From the NCBI GenBank assembly GCA_016204335.1, contig JACQKU010000008.1, positions 10,913 to 74,912 on the forward strand: 64,000 nucleotides of DNA, written 5' to 3'. This document shows, piece by piece, positions 7,002 through 17,481 of the stretch; the first letter of the stretch is position 1, and every line of letters starts with the position of its first letter. Source of the stretch: Candidatus Liptonbacteria bacterium (GTDB lineage: Bacteria > Patescibacteriota > Minisyncoccia > UBA6257 > 2-01-FULL-56-20). A model generated the notes under the pieces. It worked only from the letters and a program-made list of their open reading frames with translations. It did no database searches and had not been told where the DNA came from. Position numbers and translations under genes: made by a program.

Positions 7002-8534
7002 TTATATAAACTCTCTCAGCAAACTCTTCCCGGTCATTTCTTTCGGCTGTGGAATTTCCATCAGTTCCAGAATCATCGGGGCGATGTCGGAAAGCACGCC
7101 GGTGACTTCCATTGAAAGATTTTTCCAGTTCACGAATTTTCTGCCTTTGAATTCCGGAGCGACGAGATACACGGGCACCGGATTCGGGTCGTGCTGGGTT
7201 TCCATTCTGCCTGTTTCCGGATTGAGCATTTCTTCGACATTCCCGTGGTCGGAAGAAATAACAATAATGGTTTCAGAATTAAGGCCGGCTTTCAGTACCC
7301 TCCCGATTTCTTTATCAATAACTTTGATTGTTTCAACCGCGGCTTCGAAATTGCCGGTGTGGCCAATCGTGTCGGGATTCGCGTAGTTCGCCAGAATAAA
7401 ATCGAACGAACGGCTTTCAATGGCTTGCACGAGGCGGTCGGTGATTGCGGACGCCATCATTTCCGGATGTTCGTCCGGATGGGGAGCGGTAAGCGAGGGA
7501 ATGAAAACCCGATATTCGTTTTTGAACACGGATTCGCGGTAGCCGTTGAAAAAATAGGTGACATGGGCATATTTGTATGTTTCAGCGAGCCGTAGCTGCG
7601 TCTTTCCCGCGTCGCTCAAAATTTTGCCGAGCGGCTCTTCAACGGCTTCCGGCGGATACGCGACCGGCACGGAAAACTTTTCTTCGTAGCGCGTCATTGT
7701 CGCAATATAGAGATTTTGGAATGTTTTGACCGGAAATTTGCCGAATTTTTTTTCGATAAACGCTTCGGCGAGCTGGCGGATGGAATCCTCGCGGAAGTTG
7801 AAAAAAATGAGAGCGTCATTGTCTTTGACCGTTCCGTCCCGCCCAACGCGAAGCGGGGGAAGAAATTCCTCGCTTATGCCGCGCGCATAGTTGTCTTTAA
7901 TCTCGGCTTCAATGTCGCCGGTCATTGGTTGCCGGTCATCGGTCATGCACTCATACGCCCGCCGGGTGACCTGCCAGTTTTGCGTTCTGTCCATAGCGTA
8001 GTATCTGCCGGTCAGCGTGGAGAGTTTTTCAATCGGGATTTCTTTGAGGAATTTTTCGAGCGAGCGCGGCGGACTGTCTTTTCCGTCGGCGAAGAGATGC
8101 AGTTTTACGTTTTCTACATTTTGCTCTTCCGCCATTTGAAGAAGCGCCTGAAGATGTTCGATGGACGCGTGAACGTTCGCGTTGGTAAGGAGGCCGACGA
8201 GATTTACTCCGGAATTATTTTTCCTTGCGTGCAAAAAAGCGTCTTTCAGCGCTTTATTTTCAAAAAAGCTTTTGTCCTGGATTCCGAGCGTAATACGCGG
8301 GAAATACTGGTAAATGACTTTTCCGGCGCCGATGGTCAAATGGCCGACTTCGCTGTTGCCGGTTTCGCCCCACGGCAGGCCCACGCCGATTCCCGATGCC
8401 TGCAAACTGCCCGTCGGAAAGTTTTCTTCGAGCATCCGGAAGCTTTCCGGCTTGACGGCGTGAATCGGATTCGAGGCGTCGTTTCTGCCGATGCCCCATC
8501 CGTCGAGGATGATAAGTACTACGGTTCGTTTCAT
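7002..8534 (-). CDS. gpmI: 2,3-bisphosphoglycerate-independent phosphoglycerate mutase
   Basis: 510 aa; N-terminal VVLIILDGWGIG...NSEVGHLTIGAG and full-length iPGM architecture. Confidence 0.9.
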   Translation of the reverse strand: MKRTVVLIILDGWGIGRNDASNPIHAVKPESFRMLEENFPTGSLQASGIGVGLPWGETGNSEVGHLTIGAGKVIYQYFPRITLGIQDKSFFENKALKDAFLHARKNNSGVNLVGLLTNANVHASIEHLQALLQMAEEQNVENVKLHLFADGKDSPPRSLEKFLKEIPIEKLSTLTGRYYAMDRTQNWQVTRRAYECMTDDRQPMTGDIEAEIKDNYARGISEEFLPPLRVGRDGTVKDNDALIFFNFREDSIRQLAEAFIEKKFGKFPVKTFQNLYIATMTRYEEKFSVPVAYPPEAVEEPLGKILSDAGKTQLRLAETYKYAHVTYFFNGYRESVFKNEYRVFIPSLTAPHPDEHPEMMASAITDRLVQAIESRSFDFILANYANPDTIGHTGNFEAAVETIKVIDKEIGRVLKAGLNSETIIVISSDHGNVEEMLNPETGRMETQHDPNPVPVYLVAPEFKGRKFVNWKNLSMEVTGVLSDIAPMILELMEIPQPKEMTGKSLLREFI

Positions 8535-8921
8535 GAGAGTAATCGCGAACCATTCGACAGGCTCATGATGATTCGGCGAATGATGGTGAGCAAGGTCGAA
8601 CCATAACGCGAATCAAAGAGGTAATAATGCGAATCCGGTATTGTTACTATTTTTCTAATGGGATTCATTACCTTTATATTGTAAGCGATTTTACCCTGTG
8701 TTATCCAGATGTCCCTCTTGACCGAAGTATCCTCGTCTTGCTATCATACAATCATTAAAGAGTCACCAAACAATTTTTCCTAAAAAACTCAAGGAGTAAT
8801 CGCGAATATCACGAATAAAAAGAGATAATAATGCGAATAGTACGTATAGTATTCGCGTTATTACTCGAAGATTCGCGTTATTAGCGAATACTGATTATGA
8901 AGAATTTAGGGATACAACAGT

Positions 8922-10445
8922 ATGGAAATTTCCATTCCGGCAGTTATCGGAGGGTTGGTTTTGGGTTTGCTCGTCGGGTACTTCGCGCGGCAGTTCTTTG
9001 CGGCGCGGCAGGCAGAGTCGGTTGAACATAAAAGCAGGCGGAAAGTCGAAGACGCGGAAGCGCAGGCCAGAAAAGTCGTTTTAAGCGCGGAGGAAAAAGC
9101 CGCTTCGATTCTCGCCGAGTCAAAAGAAGAGAGGAAAAAGCGCGAAGAGGAAATTAGGCAATCGGAAAAACATCTTCTCCAGCGCGAGGAGATTCTCGAC
9201 AAGCGGCTTTCTTCCATCGGCGAGGAAGAACAGACAATTAAAAACAAGACCGAAACTCTTAAGGCGAAAGAAGCGGAAGTCGCGGAACTGAAAAATAAAA
9301 TTCAGAGCGAGTTCGAAAAAATAAGCGGCCTTTCGCGCGAAGAGGCGCGTCAGGAGTTGTTCCGCGAAGTCAAAGAAAACAACCATAAGGAACTTGCCGA
9401 ACTTCTTCAAAAGTTCGACAAGGAACGGCGCGACGAGATTGAAAAGAAGTCGCTCGATATTCTGACGGTCGCACTTCAGCGCTACGCGCGCTCGCACGTT
9501 TCCGAACTTACCACGACGGTTTTTCCGCTCGGCGACGAGGAATTGAAAGGAAAAATAATCGGACGCGAAGGCAGGAACATTCGCGCGCTCGAACGCGCGA
9601 CCGGCGTGGAATTCGTGATTGACGAAACGCCGGACAGCGTCGTCATTTCCTCATTCGACCCGTTCCGGAGAGAAATCGCCAGAATCGCGCTCGGGAAATT
9701 GATAAAAGACGGCAGGATTCAGCCGGCTAAAATCGAAGAAAAAGTCGAGGAGGCGAAAGAGGAACTGAACAAACGAGTGCTTGAAATCGGAGAAGAAGCG
9801 TCGGCGGAAGTGGGAATTTACGATTTGCCGAAAGAGATACTACAATTGCTGGGCCGGCTGAATTTCCGCACCAGTTTCGGCCAGAATGTTTTGACGCACT
9901 CCGTTGAAATGGCGCATCTCGCGAGCATGATTGCGGCTGACCTAGGTCTGAACGTTCAGGTTGCCAAAAAGGGAGCGCTTCTTCACGACATCGGCAAAGC
10001 AATCGACCACGAGGTCGAAGGAACGCATGTGGAGATAGGGATGAAGCTTCTCAAAAAATACGAGATTGACGAGAAGGTGATTCAGGCGATGCAGTCGCAC
10101 CACGAAGAATATCCGTACGCGACTTCTGAGGCGTATGTCGTGACGGCGGTTGACGCGCTTTCTGCGGCGCGGCCCGGCGCGCGGCGGGGAACCCTTGAAA
10201 ACTATATCAAGCGGCTTGGAGACCTTGAAAAAATAGCCGGCGAGTTCCCGGCGGTCAAAAATGCCTATGCCATCTCGGCGGGACGCGAGCTTCGTGTATT
10301 CGTCATTCCGGAAAAGATAGACGATTTCGGAGCGCTGGAGCTCGCGAGGCAGATTGCCAACCGCATCCAATCCGAGTTAAAATATCCGGGCGAGATTAAA
10401 GTAAATGTAATCCGTGAAATGCGGGCGGTGGAATACGCAAAGTAA
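8922..10445 (+). CDS. rny: Ribonuclease Y (N-terminal TM, coiled coil, KH and HD domains)
   Basis: 507 aa; TM anchor, KH region GREGRNIRALE, HD motif LLHDIGKAIDHEVEGTHVEIG. Confidence 0.9.
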   Translation: MEISIPAVIGGLVLGLLVGYFARQFFAARQAESVEHKSRRKVEDAEAQARKVVLSAEEKAASILAESKEERKKREEEIRQSEKHLLQREEILDKRLSSIGEEEQTIKNKTETLKAKEAEVAELKNKIQSEFEKISGLSREEARQELFREVKENNHKELAELLQKFDKERRDEIEKKSLDILTVALQRYARSHVSELTTTVFPLGDEELKGKIIGREGRNIRALERATGVEFVIDETPDSVVISSFDPFRREIARIALGKLIKDGRIQPAKIEEKVEEAKEELNKRVLEIGEEASAEVGIYDLPKEILQLLGRLNFRTSFGQNVLTHSVEMAHLASMIAADLGLNVQVAKKGALLHDIGKAIDHEVEGTHVEIGMKLLKKYEIDEKVIQAMQSHHEEYPYATSEAYVVTAVDALSAARPGARRGTLENYIKRLGDLEKIAGEFPAVKNAYAISAGRELRVFVIPEKIDDFGALELARQIANRIQSELKYPGEIKVNVIREMRAVEYAK

Positions 10446-10547
10446 TCGCGAATAATGCGAATATAGGCGAAATAATGCGAATAAGATGCATTATTTTCTG
10501 GACAAATTCGCATTATTTGCTAAAATTAGCATTATTAGCGAACACTC

Positions 10548-11960
10548 ATGCTGTTAAAAATTTCCAAATCTTTTCTTTACTGCTCGGTTTTGAGCGTCCT
10601 TGTTGTTTTGAACGGCACTTTTTTCCCGTTCATCGGCGGCAAGAATTACTTTTACAGGGCCATAATTGAATTGGCGTTTATATTTTTTCTCTTATGGTGG
10701 GCGTTCGAGGCGCCGGTTGGCGAGGTTCTTGCCAGAATGAAGCGGTTATTGAAACAGCCGCTTTTTCTCGCCGTTTCGCTCTTTTTCATTTTTTTTATGC
10801 TCGCGACCGTATTCGCGTTTGATTCCCATGCCGCGTTTTGGTCAAATTACGAACGCGGAGAAGGCGGTTTTCAGATGCTTCATTATTACGGCTTTTTCTT
10901 TCTCGCAGTTCTTCTTTTTGACCGGAAAAAGGACTGGCAATGGATGTTTTGGGCGTCGCTTGCCGCGGGCATCGGGATGATTTTTTACGGTATTGCGGCG
11001 GCGATAGATTTTACGCCGATGTGGCGGAATCTCCTTCGTCCGGGTCAGGCGCCCCCGTTAAATTTTATAGGCCCTTATTTTCCGGGCGGAGCGCCCATAA
11101 AAGAGACGCTTATCGAACGTCTCTTCGCGAGCTCCAGATTTCAGGGTTCTCTAGGCAATCCGGCGTACGTGGCTCCCTATCTGATGTTTTCTCTTTTTTA
11201 TCTTGCCTGGCTTTGGGTTTCCGAGCATAGACGCACGCTTCTTAAAAATATTTCGTACGGCGTTCTTGCGGCTTTTTTTTCGGTGTTCTTTCTTGCTTCC
11301 CAAACGCGCGGCGCGTTCGTGGGCTTGGTTGCGGCGATTTTCGTATTCCTTGCCATATTGGTGATGAAGAATCAAGTATGGAGAAAATGGCTTATACTTC
11401 TTATCGCGGTTCTCGCGATGTTGCTGGGGACACTCATATATTATCGACAGAATGATTTTGTTAAAAAGCTTCCAGCCAGCCGGCTTTTTGACATCACTCT
11501 GAATAATCAAACATTCCAAACGCGGCTTTGGACATGGAACTCGGCGTGGCAGGGATTTAAAGACAGGCCTATCCTCGGGTGGGGTCCCGAAAATTTTTCC
11601 GCGGTCTTCGATAAATATTTCGACCCGCGCCATTTCGTTCCCGGCCAGCCGTCCGAGACATGGTTCGATTACGCTCACAGCGCAATCTTCGATTATCTTT
11701 CGGAAACGGGGATTCTCGGCCTTTTGAGTTATCTTGCCATCTTCGGAGTATTTTATTGGGAATGGTTCAGAAAGAAATTTAATTCTGGCAACGGGATACT
11801 GCTCTTCGCGCTTATGGCCGCAATTCCCATCGGATATCTTGTCCAGGGACTCGCGCTTTTTAACGTTCTTCCCATCTATATCAATCTGTTTTTGCTCTTA
11901 GCGTTCGCATGTTATGAATTTCGTCCTCATGCCGATAAGGCATCTCAGGATAAAATTTGA
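10548..11960 (+). CDS. Polytopic membrane protein, O-antigen ligase/Wzy_C-like
   Basis: 470 aa with 10 or more predicted TM helices and a central periplasmic loop, an architecture typical of O-antigen ligase family proteins. No catalytic motif verified. Confidence 0.45.
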   Translation: MLLKISKSFLYCSVLSVLVVLNGTFFPFIGGKNYFYRAIIELAFIFFLLWWAFEAPVGEVLARMKRLLKQPLFLAVSLFFIFFMLATVFAFDSHAAFWSNYERGEGGFQMLHYYGFFFLAVLLFDRKKDWQWMFWASLAAGIGMIFYGIAAAIDFTPMWRNLLRPGQAPPLNFIGPYFPGGAPIKETLIERLFASSRFQGSLGNPAYVAPYLMFSLFYLAWLWVSEHRRTLLKNISYGVLAAFFSVFFLASQTRGAFVGLVAAIFVFLAILVMKNQVWRKWLILLIAVLAMLLGTLIYYRQNDFVKKLPASRLFDITLNNQTFQTRLWTWNSAWQGFKDRPILGWGPENFSAVFDKYFDPRHFVPGQPSETWFDYAHSAIFDYLSETGILGLLSYLAIFGVFYWEWFRKKFNSGNGILLFALMAAIPIGYLVQGLALFNVLPIYINLFLLLAFACYEFRPHADKASQDKI

Positions 11961-11967
11961 AGCTACA

Positions 11968-12603
11968 ATGATGAATCCAACAATCAAAAAGGCAATCGCA
12001 ATATCGGCAAGCATTTTCATTCTGTTGATTGGTTATTACGGCTCGTATCTGCCGATGAGAAAATCCATGATTTTTATCGGCGTCATACAGAATACGGGAG
12101 GGATAAAGACCCTTGCCGATTTTGAACAGGCATTTTCCGAACCTCTTGATTATCCGTCGCCCATCGGCCAGGAAGAATTGGTGCGAAACACCGCGAATAT
12201 GACGGTAGGCAGTATTCAAAATATTTCTCCGGAAGGCGTCGACCAAATGGTGAATTATATCGAGAGCTATTACGAACCGATCATCAGCCGCGGCCGTGGC
12301 ATGAGTTTCGGGCAGAATCTCTATCTTCTCGGGGCTATCAACGAACTCGCCTTTTTGAAGACGCAAAAAACGAAGTATATTGACGATGCGGAAAAATACT
12401 TTACAAAAGCCCTTGATTTGGGGCCGAAACGGCCGCAGGGCCTGTACGGACTTTTTGACGTCTATCGCGTAAAAGGCGATATTCCGAACGCAACGAAAGT
12501 CGGGGAACAGATTCTCGGCCAGTGGCCAACCGACACGAAGATAAAGGAAACGCTTGATGCCATGTCCGCCGGCGCTTCTTCGGGCGCTGAAAAGAAGCGG
12601 TAA
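11968..12603 (+). CDS. Membrane-anchored protein with TPR-like C-terminal region
   Basis: N-terminal TM (AIAISASIFILLIGYYGSY) and C-terminal AEKYFTKALDLGPKRPQGLYGLFDVYRVKGD repeat-like segment. The antisense 258-aa ORF is rejected. Confidence 0.4.
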   Translation: MMNPTIKKAIAISASIFILLIGYYGSYLPMRKSMIFIGVIQNTGGIKTLADFEQAFSEPLDYPSPIGQEELVRNTANMTVGSIQNISPEGVDQMVNYIESYYEPIISRGRGMSFGQNLYLLGAINELAFLKTQKTKYIDDAEKYFTKALDLGPKRPQGLYGLFDVYRVKGDIPNATKVGEQILGQWPTDTKIKETLDAMSAGASSGAEKKR

Positions 12604-12607
12604 ATTT

Positions 12608-13633
12608 ATGCCGGAATCAGAAACGGGGAAAAAAGTCGCGCTCATTACCGGAGTCACGGGCCAGGATGGCAGCTATCTGGCGGAGCTTCTTTTGAAAAAA
12701 GGCTACGAGGTGCACGGCGTTATGCGCCGCGCTTCGACGTTCAATACGTACCGCATCGAGCATCTTTATCAGGATATTCACGAACAGAAAATTCCTTTTT
12801 TTCTTCATTTCGGCGACTTGGCCGACGCGAATACCATCCGCAAGCTTATTTATAAGATTCGGCCCGGCGAAATTTACAATCTCGGCGCGCAATCGCATGT
12901 ACGCGTGAGTTTCGACATCCCCGAATACACGGCGAATATCACCGGACTTGGAACTCTTCGCGTACTCGAAGCGATAAAGGACTTTGAAGAACAAACCGGC
13001 GGAAAAGTAAAATTCTACCAGGCGAGTTCGAGCGAAATGTTCGGTTCGGCGCCGCCGCCGCAAAACGAGCAGACGCCGTTTCAGCCCCGCAGTCCATACG
13101 GCATTTCGAAAGTATTCGCATTCCATACCGCCAAGAATTACCGGGACGCGTACGGAATTTTCGCGGTCAACGGCGTGCTTTTTAACCATGAGTCCGAACG
13201 GCGCGGCGAAACGTTTGTCACGCGGAAAATTACCCGTGGCATCGCGCGGATTCTCGCCGGACTCGATAAAAAAATTTATCTCGGCAATCTCGAGGCGAGG
13301 CGAGATTGGGGATACGCGCCCGAATATATGGAAGCCGCTTGGCTGATGATGCAGCAGGAAAAACCGGACGATTATGTGATTGGCACCGGCGAAAGCCATT
13401 CAGTGAGAGAATTCGCGGAAACCGCGTTCAAGCACGCGGGAATTTCCGATTGGGAGAAATATATCGGCATTGACACCCGTTATTATCGGCCTACCGAGGT
13501 TGAAAATCTTGTCGCAGACGCGAAAAAGGCGAAAGAAAAGCTGGGGTGGGAGGCGAAAACAAAGTTCAACGGACTCGTGACTATTATGGTTGACGCGGAG
13601 TTGAAGCACTATGGGCTGAAGAAAGGTTTCTAA
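12608..13633 (+). CDS. gmd: GDP-mannose 4,6-dehydratase
   Basis: [29 protein letters not shown]..., YxxxK region SPYGISK, and a typical GMD C-terminus. Confidence 0.9.
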   Translation: MPESETGKKVALITGVTGQDGSYLAELLLKKGYEVHGVMRRASTFNTYRIEHLYQDIHEQKIPFFLHFGDLADANTIRKLIYKIRPGEIYNLGAQSHVRVSFDIPEYTANITGLGTLRVLEAIKDFEEQTGGKVKFYQASSSEMFGSAPPPQNEQTPFQPRSPYGISKVFAFHTAKNYRDAYGIFAVNGVLFNHESERRGETFVTRKITRGIARILAGLDKKIYLGNLEARRDWGYAPEYMEAAWLMMQQEKPDDYVIGTGESHSVREFAETAFKHAGISDWEKYIGIDTRYYRPTEVENLVADAKKAKEKLGWEAKTKFNGLVTIMVDAELKHYGLKKGF

Positions 13634-13634
13634 T

Positions 13635-14567
13635 ATGGAGTTAAAAGAAAAAAAAATTTTAGTCACCGGCGGCGCGGGATTTTTGGGAAAATTTGTCATT
13701 GAGAAGTTAATCGGACGCGGAGTGGCGACAGAAAATATTTTCATACCCCGCGAGGCGGAATTCGATTTGCGGAATCGGGAACAATGTCTTCGCGCGACCG
13801 AAGGGCAAGACATTGTAATCCATCTGGCGGGCAAAGCCGGCGGCATCGGGTTCAACCGCGAGCGTCCCGGCGAACTTTTTTACGACAATATCGTTATGGG
13901 CGTCGAGTTGATGGAGGCGGCTCGGAAAGCCGGAGCCGGGAAATTCGTCGGCATCGCGTCGGTTTGTTCGTATCCGAAATTCACCCCTGTTCCGTTCAGG
14001 GAAGACGATTTGTGGAGCGGCTATCCCGAAGAAACGAACGCGCCGTACGGCCTCGCGAAGAAAATGCTTCTGGTGCAGGCGCAGGCGTATCGCGCCCAAT
14101 ACGGCATGAACGCGATTACCCTTTTCCCGGTTAATTTATACGGTCCCGGCGACAGTTTCGACCTTTCGCGGGCGCACGTTATTTCTTCATTGATTAAAAA
14201 AGTCGCGGATGCAAAAAAAGAGAATAACGGTTTTATTGAAGCGTGGGGAAGCGGCAAGCCGACCCGGGAATTTTTATACGTTGAAGATGCCGCCGAGGGA
14301 ATCGCGCTCGCGGCGGAAAAATACGACAAGCCGGAGCCGGTGAATTTGGGCTCGGGAAAAGAAATTTCGATAAAGGAACTCGCGGAGACGATATGCCGGC
14401 TGATGGATTTTCGGGGCGAACTGCGCTGGGACGCTTCCAAACCCGACGGTCAGCCGCGCCGCCAACTGGATGTGTCGCGCGCCGAGAAAGAATTCGGCTT
14501 CAAGGCAAAAACCGATTTTGAGACAGGGTTAAAGAAGACGATTGAGTGGTATATGTCCAATAATTGA
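13635..14567 (+). CDS. fcl: GDP-L-fucose synthase (GDP-4-keto-6-deoxy-D-mannose 3,5-epimerase/4-reductase)
   Basis: [40 protein letters not shown] and [19 protein letters not shown] blocks match Fcl/WcaG. Confidence 0.85.
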   Translation: MELKEKKILVTGGAGFLGKFVIEKLIGRGVATENIFIPREAEFDLRNREQCLRATEGQDIVIHLAGKAGGIGFNRERPGELFYDNIVMGVELMEAARKAGAGKFVGIASVCSYPKFTPVPFREDDLWSGYPEETNAPYGLAKKMLLVQAQAYRAQYGMNAITLFPVNLYGPGDSFDLSRAHVISSLIKKVADAKKENNGFIEAWGSGKPTREFLYVEDAAEGIALAAEKYDKPEPVNLGSGKEISIKELAETICRLMDFRGELRWDASKPDGQPRRQLDVSRAEKEFGFKAKTDFETGLKKTIEWYMSNN

Positions 14568-14584
14568 TACCGCGACTTCGCGGT

Positions 14585-15331
14585 TCATTTGATTCCTCTT
14601 AGCTTCGGTCCGTACTCAAGCGTAAACGACCCGTCGTTTTTTTCTTTATTGCGGATGATATGCACTTCGCGGCAAACTTCTTTTTGATTTAAAACCTCGT
14701 TCCATACGGCTTTTGCGACTTCAAGCGGTTCCATATATCCTGTCGTATCCTGCTTGGTGTCTTTGAATATCTCCGTTTTCATGCCGCCCGGGTAAAAAAT
14801 GGTTGCATGCGAGCCGGGCAGTTCCAGCGCCAATTCATCCGCGAAGTTTAAGACGAACACCGCTTGCGCGTCTTTTGAGGCGCAGTATACCGTTTCGTTT
14901 TTGCGAATGAGCCATGCGGAAGCCGATGAGATGGCGATGAGATGATACGGCTTTTTTTGTAATTCGCGCTTCTCGTGAAATCGATGAAGTACTTTCAGAG
15001 GCCCCGTAAAATTTGTGGCAGTTATATTGTCGATGTCAGCCGGCGAAAGTTCCCGAAATGATTTTCTGCCCGGCCACGTGCCGGCGTTCCAGAAAAAATA
15101 GTCGATTGCATCATACTCAAGAACGGACATTGCCTTATCAATACTCTCGTCGTCGGTGAGGTCCATCGCGATTCGTATTGCGTTTTCCGGAAGCGAGGCC
15201 TTGATATTCGGTTCTTCTACGGATCGGCCGGTTACAATCGGCTGAATATCTCTCTCTGCCGATTCCTTTGCGAGAGCGAGCCCAAGCCCTTTTGTGCCGC
15301 CTAAAATAAGTGAGCGTTTCATTGAAGGCAT
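14585..15331 (-). CDS. Short-chain dehydrogenase/reductase (SDR) family oxidoreductase
   Basis: N-terminal SLILGGTKGLGLALAK (Rossmann) and catalytic YCASK. Confidence 0.7.
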   Translation of the reverse strand: MPSMKRSLILGGTKGLGLALAKESAERDIQPIVTGRSVEEPNIKASLPENAIRIAMDLTDDESIDKAMSVLEYDAIDYFFWNAGTWPGRKSFRELSPADIDNITATNFTGPLKVLHRFHEKRELQKKPYHLIAISSASAWLIRKNETVYCASKDAQAVFVLNFADELALELPGSHATIFYPGGMKTEIFKDTKQDTTGYMEPLEVAKAVWNEVLNQKEVCREVHIIRNKEKNDGSFTLEYGPKLRGIK

Positions 15332-15386
15332 AGTAGCACATCGGTTGTCTTTTCTCCACTCATTATTTATGCTATAATTCAAATAT

Positions 15387-16358
15387 ATGATCTACGACGA
15401 TATCAAAAATTCCAGCAAACAATTTACATGGGAGCCGAAAATTGAGAATGCCTCCGCGCTAAAAAAATTTAAGAAATTTATTGTTGTCGGCATGGGCGGT
15501 TCGCATTTCCCCGCCGATATCATAAAAACATGGCGGCCCGATTTTCAGGTTATCTCGTGGTCAAATTACGGTCTGCCTCCGCTGCCCCCGAAAGAGCTTA
15601 AAGAACACCTTATTATCGCGAGTTCATATTCGGGGAACACCGAAGAAACGATTGACGGATTTGAGCTCGCGTTAAAAAAGAAATTGAATGTTGCCGTAAT
15701 GGCTTCAGGCGGAAAATTGGTCGCGATGGCGGAGATTCTTAAATTGCCCTATGCTAAAGTGCCGTCCGGGGTCCAACCGAGGTCCGCTCTGGGGTATATG
15801 CTCAAAGCCACTCTCGCGCTTATGGGCGAACGGCAGGCGCTAACAGACCTCAGCAAGCTTACAAAAACATTTCGCTCGAAGAGTTATGAAAAAAAGGGGA
15901 AAGAGCTCGCGAGGAAACTTAAAGGAAGCGTGCCAGCGATATACGCCTCGCCTCGGAATTATTCGATTGTTTACAACTGGAAAATACGATTCAATGAAAC
16001 GGGAAAAATTCCGGCGTTTTACAATCTGATACCGGAAATGAATCATAACGAGATGAGCGGTTTCGACGCGACTCGGAGCGCGGCGCCTCTCTCGCGGCAT
16101 TTCTATTTTATTTTCCTTAAAGACAAGGACGACCATCCGCAGATTATAAAAAGAATGGATGTAATGCGGAGAATTTTCACGAACCGCGGTTTTCGTTCGG
16201 AAGTTATATTGCTCGGCGGCAAAAATTGCTGGGAGAAAATTTTTTCATCGATTATGCTCGCGGACTGGACTTCGTATTACACGGGAAAGCAATACCACGC
16301 CGAGCCGGAAGCGGTTAAAATGATAGAGGAATTCAAGCGATTGGTTGCAAAGAGATAA
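15387..16358 (+). CDS. SIS-domain bifunctional phosphoglucose/phosphomannose isomerase-like protein
   Basis: About 320 aa with FIVVGMGGSHFPAD and the second SIS-like half SSYSGNTEET; resembles archaeal-type PGI/PMI. Confidence 0.6.
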   Translation: MIYDDIKNSSKQFTWEPKIENASALKKFKKFIVVGMGGSHFPADIIKTWRPDFQVISWSNYGLPPLPPKELKEHLIIASSYSGNTEETIDGFELALKKKLNVAVMASGGKLVAMAEILKLPYAKVPSGVQPRSALGYMLKATLALMGERQALTDLSKLTKTFRSKSYEKKGKELARKLKGSVPAIYASPRNYSIVYNWKIRFNETGKIPAFYNLIPEMNHNEMSGFDATRSAAPLSRHFYFIFLKDKDDHPQIIKRMDVMRRIFTNRGFRSEVILLGGKNCWEKIFSSIMLADWTSYYTGKQYHAEPEAVKMIEEFKRLVAKR

Positions 16359-16404
16359 GCGAAAAAGTGGACAAACTAGAATCGCGGTTTAGAATTAGAT
16401 TGCA

Positions 16405-17457
16405 ATGCGCGCTTTAATATTCCGGGGGCCAAACGATTATAGTGTCGAAGAAAAACCGATTCCGCAGATTGGCGAAGGAGAAATGTTGCTCAAAATTATC
16501 GCTTGCGGATTGTGCGGCACCGATGTGAAGGTTTTCGGCAACGGCCATCGCGCGATTACGCCGCCGAGGACAACTGGACATGAAATCGTGGGAACGGTTG
16601 CGGAATCAAAGTCCGACAAAGCAGGAGTCGTAAAGGGAGACAATGTTTTAGTCGTAGCGCCCATCGGATGTATGAAGTGCAGTTTCTGCCTCCGGGGAGA
16701 ACAGAATATCTGCCCGGTTGTCGTGGAGAAGGTACATGCGTTTGGCTACGATACCGACGGGGGATTTGCGGAGTATTTGCTAATTCCGAAAGAAGCCGCG
16801 GAACAGGGAGTCCTCATCAAGATTCCCGAAACCGAAATCCCGCTGACATTATTGGCGGTCGCGGAACCGTTGGCGTGCGTTTTGAACGGCCAGGAAAAGC
16901 TCCGCATCGGCCCCGATGATGTCGTTGTCGTAATCGGCGCAGGTCCCATCGGTTCTATGAATGTAATTGCGGCCCGCGCGGAGGGCGCGAAGAAAATTAT
17001 TCTTGCGGATATCGATTCCGCAAAGCTTGCGCTCGCTTCCGTTGTCCATCCGGATGTTTCGGTGGACAGTTCGAAAGAGAATCTTGTCGAGCGCGTCCGG
17101 AAAGAGACGGATGGACGGGGAGCCGATGTCGTGATTGTCGCGGCGCCCGCGCCTGCGCTTCAGACCGAGGCGATCGAAATGGCGGCGGTGCGCGCGCGTG
17201 TTTCATTCTTCGCCGGACTCGCGAAAGGAACCGTGTCGCCCATTATAGACACCAATAAGATCCATTATTGGGAGATCGAGGTTTATGGGGCTTTTGGCGC
17301 ATGCCGGAAGCAATACGAGAAAGCAATGCAGCTTATCATAAGCCGCCCTGCTGATTTCCAGGCGCTTGTCACACATACGATGCCTCTTGGAGACATTAAA
17401 AAAGCCGTGGATCTTATGAAAACAGGGCAGACGATCAAGGTAGTGATTGCGCCATAG
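16405..17457 (+). CDS. Zn-dependent medium-chain alcohol/polyol dehydrogenase (TarJ/threonine-dehydrogenase-like)
   Basis: CGLCGTDVK..GH (catalytic Zn), GCMKCSFCLRGEQNIC (structural Zn), and VIGAGPIGS Rossmann. Confidence 0.8.
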   Translation: MRALIFRGPNDYSVEEKPIPQIGEGEMLLKIIACGLCGTDVKVFGNGHRAITPPRTTGHEIVGTVAESKSDKAGVVKGDNVLVVAPIGCMKCSFCLRGEQNICPVVVEKVHAFGYDTDGGFAEYLLIPKEAAEQGVLIKIPETEIPLTLLAVAEPLACVLNGQEKLRIGPDDVVVVIGAGPIGSMNVIAARAEGAKKIILADIDSAKLALASVVHPDVSVDSSKENLVERVRKETDGRGADVVIVAAPAPALQTEAIEMAAVRARVSFFAGLAKGTVSPIIDTNKIHYWEIEVYGAFGACRKQYEKAMQLIISRPADFQALVTHTMPLGDIKKAVDLMKTGQTIKVVIAP

Positions 17458-17481
17458 TGGGAAAGGGAGAATAATGTAAAC

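Noticed and set aside
11881-12657. 258-aa minus-strand ORF overlapping the TPR-like gene
   Set aside because: Composition and lack of motifs indicate antisense translation. The plus-strand ORF has a TM anchor and repeat-like C-terminus.
12617-13399. 260-aa minus-strand ORF
   Set aside because: Antisense of gmd, whose plus-strand product matches GDP-mannose 4,6-dehydratase end to end.
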